Origin: an uncultured candidate division Zixibacteria bacterium
Lineage (GTDB): Bacteria; Zixibacteria; MSB-5A5; UBA10806; 4484-95
Direction of reading: 5' to 3'
Length of the DNA stretch: 64,000 nucleotides
NCBI GenBank assembly: GCA_963668625.2
Contig: CAXXKA010000004.1
Span: 160,001-224,000 of the forward strand
Of the stretch, positions 59,352-64,000 are shown piece by piece. The notes under the pieces are model-generated. The model was not told the DNA's origin, searched no databases, and was given only the letters and a program-made list of their open reading frames with translations. Every line of letters starts with the position of its first letter. Position 1 is the stretch's first letter. Position numbers and translations under genes: made by a program.

Positions 59352-59525
59352 ATGTTTTGCGCACAATGTGACGATTTGATCAAGAACCATGCTTATGTCT
59401 ATGATGGCGAGGAGTATTGTTCGAGTGACTGTCTGGCGGCCGCTCATGATGATATCGAAGGCGACCTGGAAAAGTATATTGAGGAGTGGGAGGAAGAGTT
59501 CGAGGAATTCGGCGAGTACTCCTGA
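59352..59525 (+). CDS. Small acidic Zn-binding protein (CxxC...YCSxxC)
   Basis: RBS GGAGG before ATG 59352; MFCAQCDD...EEYCSSDC; followed by a terminator at ~59550-59576. Confidence 0.65.
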   Translation: MFCAQCDDLIKNHAYVYDGEEYCSSDCLAAAHDDIEGDLEKYIEEWEEEFEEFGEYS

Positions 59526-59660
59526 TCAATAGCGCTAATAATAGAATACGAGCCCTGCCGATGCGGGGCTTTTTTATTGCCATAAAAAGTGTTTTGATTT
59601 TATGAAACACTTGGCTATGCTTGTTCGTTTTAAAGGCTCAACCGGTGTAATTGGGATGAA

Positions 59661-60541
59661 ATGGAAAAGACCGCTACAAACAACAACAGAGAATACCTGG
59701 CGCTGATAATCGGAGCGTCCCTGATCAGCTTCTCCCCCGTGTTCGTAAAAATAGCCAATGTCGGCCCGACTATGGCCGGCGTATACAGAAACCTCTTCGG
59801 AGCGATTTTCCTGCTAATCTATGCCCTTGCCTTGAAAGAAAAATTCTGGCGTGGCTTACCCCAATTTCTTATTGCGGCGGTAATCGGCCTGGTGTTCGCT
59901 ATCGACCTGACCTGTTGGCATAGAAGCATTCTCTATATCGGTCCCGGCCTGTCGACTATATTAGGTAATTTCCAGGTATTCATCCTTACCGGTTATGGTG
60001 TATTGATATTAAAAGAGAAACTGACCTGGCGTTTTCGCCTGGCCGTGCCTATGGGCATGATGGGCTTGATTTTGATTTTTGGCTGGGATTGGAGCAACCT
60101 GGGATTCGATTATAAGCTGGGTTTCGCGTTAGGAATTGGTACCGCCATCACCTATTCCATATTCACCCTGACCCTGCGCCATAGCCAGTCTCGGCCCAAT
60201 CCATTATCGGCGCTGGTTAATTTAATCTATATCTCCCTTTCAGCCGTTTTTTCATGGCTATTTTCAGCTTGATACAGGGGGAAAGTTTCGTCATCCCGGA
60301 TTTGACAAGCTGGGGCGCGATGATCGGCTACGGCGTTATCTGTCAGGCTATCGCCTGGCTGATTATATCGAAAAGCCTTCCCAGGCTGCGTGCTTCACTG
60401 GTGGGATTGATACTATTGCTTCAACCTATACTGGCTTTCATCTGGGATATCACCTTATTTAGCCGGCCTACGACAATCTACGAGATAGCCGGTGTGGTCA
60501 TTGCGCTTATAGCGATTTATCTCGGCAGTTCTAACGAATAA
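59661..60541 (+). pseudogene. EamA/DMT transporter split by a 1-nt frameshift in a T run (possibly an assembly error)
   Basis: Two ORFs (59661-60272 and 60254-60541) form the two EamA halves; adding one T to the T6 at 60247-60252 fuses them. Confidence 0.8.
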
Positions 60542-60588
60542 AGGCGACTTTCGCCGCCCTCTAAACTAATTCCGAATTTCAAACCAGT

Positions 60589-60882
60589 TTATTTTTCGAC
60601 AGTTACGGTACGCGAATAGACGGTAACCATACTGGTGAAAATGTTGATCACGACATCAAGAAAAGTCTGCTCTGTCTTGATAGTGTAATCCTGAGCATCA
60701 GCAGCCATGATATTAGTGTCGACATTGTTGATCGGAACAAGGCCAAAAAGCACGTACCACTGGCGTTGCTGTTCCATCATGCCGGTTTGGGCGCCATTGC
60801 CCACCTGATGGATATGAGCCTGACAGCCCATCAGCGAAATTAACACTAACATCACGACACCAACCTTAAGCAGGTTTTTCAT
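60589..60882 (-). CDS. Bor/Iss-like lipoprotein
   Basis: Lipobox LMGC; QWYVLFGLVP...EQTFLD..I..FT..TVYSRTVTV. Confidence 0.7.
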   Translation of the reverse strand: MKNLLKVGVVMLVLISLMGCQAHIHQVGNGAQTGMMEQQRQWYVLFGLVPINNVDTNIMAADAQDYTIKTEQTFLDVVINIFTSMVTVYSRTVTVEK

Positions 60883-60897
60883 TTCTAAGCCTCCTTG

Positions 60898-61518
60898 TTA
60901 ATTAGTTGAAACGGTTCCTATGGATGATTCTATTTTCTTTATCAGAGCCGGGTAGTTTTCTTTAGAGGCGAAATACTGCAGTTCCAGCGCGGGTGACTTT
61001 TCAGACATGCACAGCAACTGGAATCGTATATATTGATCGCCGGTCACCAGGTAATTATTCACCAGAATATCATTAACCACATAATTTCCGGTTTTGACAT
61101 TGTCCTTGCCATAATGTTTATAAAGCGCCTCTGTATATTTATCGATGAAAACCGAGGTATCCTCCATCAGCAAAAGGCCAGAAACCTCTGAGACGATGAG
61201 CCCGAAATTATTTGTCGAATCGACGAACATCTGGGCCATCTCTATCTCGCCGAAATCCGCTGCGGCCAATTTCTGCCTCTGTTTGAGCAAGTCCAGAAGC
61301 GAATCGGCTATGGGAATGCAGTCAATGGGCGGACAGACCGCCTTATTGGCTTTCTCCACCATGAACGCCGTCCCGATCAATGAGTCAACGACATCGAAAG
61401 ACAAACGCTCGACGCCATACAGGTTTTCTTTAGGTTTATCACATCCGGGTGATAATAGCATTACGATAACGATTACGAGGATAAAAGATACGAGCCTGAG
61501 ATTCAGATTAATCAACAA
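60898..61518 (-). CDS. Hypothetical lipoprotein
   Basis: Hydrophobic N-terminus ending SPGC. Confidence 0.6.
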   Translation of the reverse strand: MLINLNLRLVSFILVIVIVMLLSPGCDKPKENLYGVERLSFDVVDSLIGTAFMVEKANKAVCPPIDCIPIADSLLDLLKQRQKLAAADFGEIEMAQMFVDSTNNFGLIVSEVSGLLLMEDTSVFIDKYTEALYKHYGKDNVKTGNYVVNDILVNNYLVTGDQYIRFQLLCMSEKSPALELQYFASKENYPALIKKIESSIGTVSTN

Positions 61519-61716
61519 AATACTCCTTCGCCTTTCTAATATTAAATGCCAGTATTAATTTCCCTGATATCCGTATTTTAGGCTATTCGAACGATGAGAG
61601 TCAACAGATAATTTATGATAATTGCTCACTAGTATCCGATGTTTTACCAGTCAATTGCTTGATTCCACCAGAAATCGTTGATGAAAATTATTTTTTGATA
61701 AACTCATATGGTAAAC

Positions 61717-61980
61717 GTGTCAGGATGCAGTTCCGCTTTCACCCTGACACATCCTGGTGATGTAAAGTTTAACTGTATATTCCGTGGCTGGCAGACGTCC
61801 TGAGGTTGTCCCAAAAGACGCGTGGTTGGGGAACATCCTCGCTTGCCCGGGCGGCGCACCAACTGGTCTGCTTGCTAACAAAAGCTGGCGGGTGAGGATG
61901 TCCGCTGGCCACAGCGCCGGTGGTTTTTATCCTACCGGCTTAAGCCGGAAATGTCATCCTGAACTTGATTCAGGATCCAG
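61717..61980. repeat. Mixed palindromic repeat cluster
   Basis: GTGTCAGGATG...CCCTGACAC copy; GTGGCTGGCAGACGTCC...GGATGTCCGCTGGCCAC, like 34352-34434; TGTCATCCTGAACTTGATTCAGGATC. Confidence 0.65.
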
Positions 61981-62232
61981 GGGTTGAGGAAGGGCCGTAC
62001 CGGTTACAAAACTCCGAGGTAATGACAGATATAGGATAGTAACGCTATTGAGAGACTTAGTCGTCGCTGTGGATAATTAAATATTATGCAAATGCTTCGC
62101 CTCAAACGGACACACCGGCTAAATCGGTGTTTTTAGTACAAACAAAAACCCCGCCTTGCGACGGGGGTTAGAACTTAAAAGATGTTGTGGTTGTGGTATT
62201 TTATACACCCGAAATTTAAATCTGTTCCCGGC

Positions 62233-62686
62233 TTATTTGTCTTTCTTAGCCTCGTTCTCGGCCATAGTCATTTTTTCCGTTTTCTTGCTCATCTCGGCAG
62301 TTTTAGCTTTAGCTGCCTTGGCATTCGAGTCACACGGGGTATCGCATTTTTACCGAAGCCGGACACTCATAACCGGCGGTTTTAGCTTTCATATCGCTGG
62401 ATTTAGCCTTCATGTCGGCTGTCGTAGCCTTAGCTTTACCGGCCGGGCAACATGAGGAGCTATTGGCGGTTTGAGCCTTAGCCTGCTTGGTCGTCGAACA
62501 TTCCGCTTTATCGCCTGTTTTTTCCACATTGGCGTCATAGTTTTTAGCGGAGGCCATTACAACTTTACCATCGGCCTTGGATGCATCCACCTTTTTGGCC
62601 GTACTGTTTTCATCACCGCAGGCGTAAGCGCCCACCGAACCGAAAATAAAGATTACCGCGATAGCCAGTACTGTCAATTTCTTCAT
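62233..62686 (-). CDS. Small secreted Lys/Ala/Cys-rich protein with an apparent 1-nt frameshift
   Basis: RBS AAGGAG, signal peptide MKKLTVLAIAVIFIFGSVGAYA. Removing one base from the run at 62347-62351 extends the repeat-like sequence (KCDTPCDSNAKAAKAKTAEM...KKDK*). Confidence 0.6.
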
Positions 62687-63409
62687 AGCTTTCTCCTTGA
62701 TGCTTACAGTGAAGTGATTATAATTTTCAATTTCATTTACATATACGAATATCAAGAGCTTTTAGTTCCCGGCTAACGTAACTTATAGCAATTATTTATA
62801 GCATTTGGCATGGTGATGTTGATGCCTGTTTAGCTGATAATCACGAGAAGTTTACAGAGTTGATATTGATTATTATCTTGGCTATGATAATTCAAACCTC
62901 GTCTGATAGAGTTTCATACTTCCAATCAATAACACGAGATGGGATTTAGCTGTGGTGTCAGGCGGACGGAATCCTTTGTTCATCCTCAACTGACACTTGA
63001 TTTCATGCAGGATATTGCCGGGAAAGGGATTCCAACGACCCATGAGACATACTTTTCCAACAATCTCCATTACGAGGTGTTGGAGTCGATGCTGTCCCGA
63101 AGATATCCCTTGAGGAAATAATCTGGTTATTTATAGGATAGCCTCAGATGAACCTCAGCCATAAGTATATGAAGACAGCCTCAATTGTAACGCCACTCAC
63201 CGCGTATATCATGGACATCTTATATCTTCTAATAAAGAATACAATGGCAGGCTTCAAACTATAAATACTTGGTTTAAAACTACTTATTATAATGATTGAT
63301 AATATCCAGTCTATGAAGTATGTATTCAAACGAATCTAATTCAATAAATCTATTGACTCGGACGGTCGTTTTTAATATTAATGGCAGGACTTAGAATTTA
63401 GGATTATTC

Positions 63410-64000
63410 ATGAAATACTCGATTATCGTAAAAAAGAAATTTGCTTATAATAATTTGATTATCGATTATGTACCCGAGTGTACCTTCAAACTACCTCTTG
63501 AAAAAAACAATAAAGCCGGCACTATCTGGCGGGAGCGTCAGAAATTCGCTACCGAGAACAATATCAGGTTTTACGATGGAGCATTATATCGTCTCAATCA
63601 TTTATATCTCGATGGTAAAAACGTCAAACTCGAGCTCGGCAATTGTTCCTACCGGGATTATGTAGTAACGCGCACCCGGAACATATCCGATAGCAACGAC
63701 CAGCCGGTTTTCGCCGACCCTCTGGCTATTTGTAGCGCCGTTATTACCTCCGATGATAAAATTCTGATCGGTAAACGGGTTGGTGTGGATGGTTCGATCG
63801 ACAAACTTCATGTGGTTGGCGGTTTCGTGGAAAGAACCATGGATGACAACAATCATAATCCATCCCCATTTCACGCAATAAGCAGAGAGATTAATGAGGA
63901 GGTTGGAGTTGATATCCCTGTAGACGATATTCTTTGCCTCGGAATAGTTTATGTGGAGACATTACCGCACCCGGAGATGTGTTTCTATGCCAGAACCGAA
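63410..64000 (+). CDS. NUDIX-family hydrolase (partial, runs off the window)
   Basis: Manual translation: ...LAICSAVITSDDKILIGKR...VVGGFVE...AISREINEEVGV (Nudix box). Confidence 0.8.
   Translation, partial: MKYSIIVKKKFAYNNLIIDYVPECTFKLPLEKNNKAGTIWRERQKFATENNIRFYDGALYRLNHLYLDGKNVKLELGNCSYRDYVVTRTRNISDSNDQPVFADPLAICSAVITSDDKILIGKRVGVDGSIDKLHVVGGFVERTMDDNNHNPSPFHAISREINEEVGVDIPVDDILCLGIVYVETLPHPEMCFYARTE

Noticed and set aside
62882-63329. Short ORFs or an RNA gene between the secreted protein and the NUDIX gene
   Set aside because: I could not recognise any motif, convincing RBS or known RNA structure.

Overview
Bacterial chromosomal window, most consistent with a Gram-negative FCB-related lineage such as candidate Zixibacteria. 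This is inferred from the paired C-terminal dockerin-like repeats, an FlgD-Ig/T9SS-like tail and a PEP-CTERM protein. From left to right it holds: an MscS fragment; a multi-PAS LuxR regulator and a hybrid histidine kinase; a ~9 kb decayed island integrated in tRNA-Leu(TAA), with a 71-bp att duplication, an integrase relic, a TrmB regulator and a secreted protein with ten 6-Cys repeats; tRNA-Leu and tRNA-Cys; and a large S8 protease. Next comes the main point of interest, a minus-strand phage head/packaging module at 23284-37737 (portal, Zn-finger TerS-like protein, TerL, prohead protease, decoration protein, major capsid protein, adaptor, two signal-peptide-bearing virion-like proteins, holin-like protein). 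It has no recognisable tail tube, tape measure, integrase, replication or endolysin genes. It is split in two by a sigma54-type PEP-CTERM gene, a candidate sigma54 sRNA and host REP-like repeats, which suggests a domesticated GTA-like or tailless-particle system. A sigma-region-4 protein fused to a TerS-like Zn finger (50566-51066) sits behind the same palindrome doublet as the portal operon and is a candidate regulator. The rest is mostly housekeeping or envelope genes (TPR, PQQ propeller, Hel308-like helicase, HMA, Csp, MFS, PtrB, metallophosphoesterase, EamA, Bor, NUDIX), plus an AT-rich TM-NTPase-TPR gene. All calls come from motif reading only; no searches were run.
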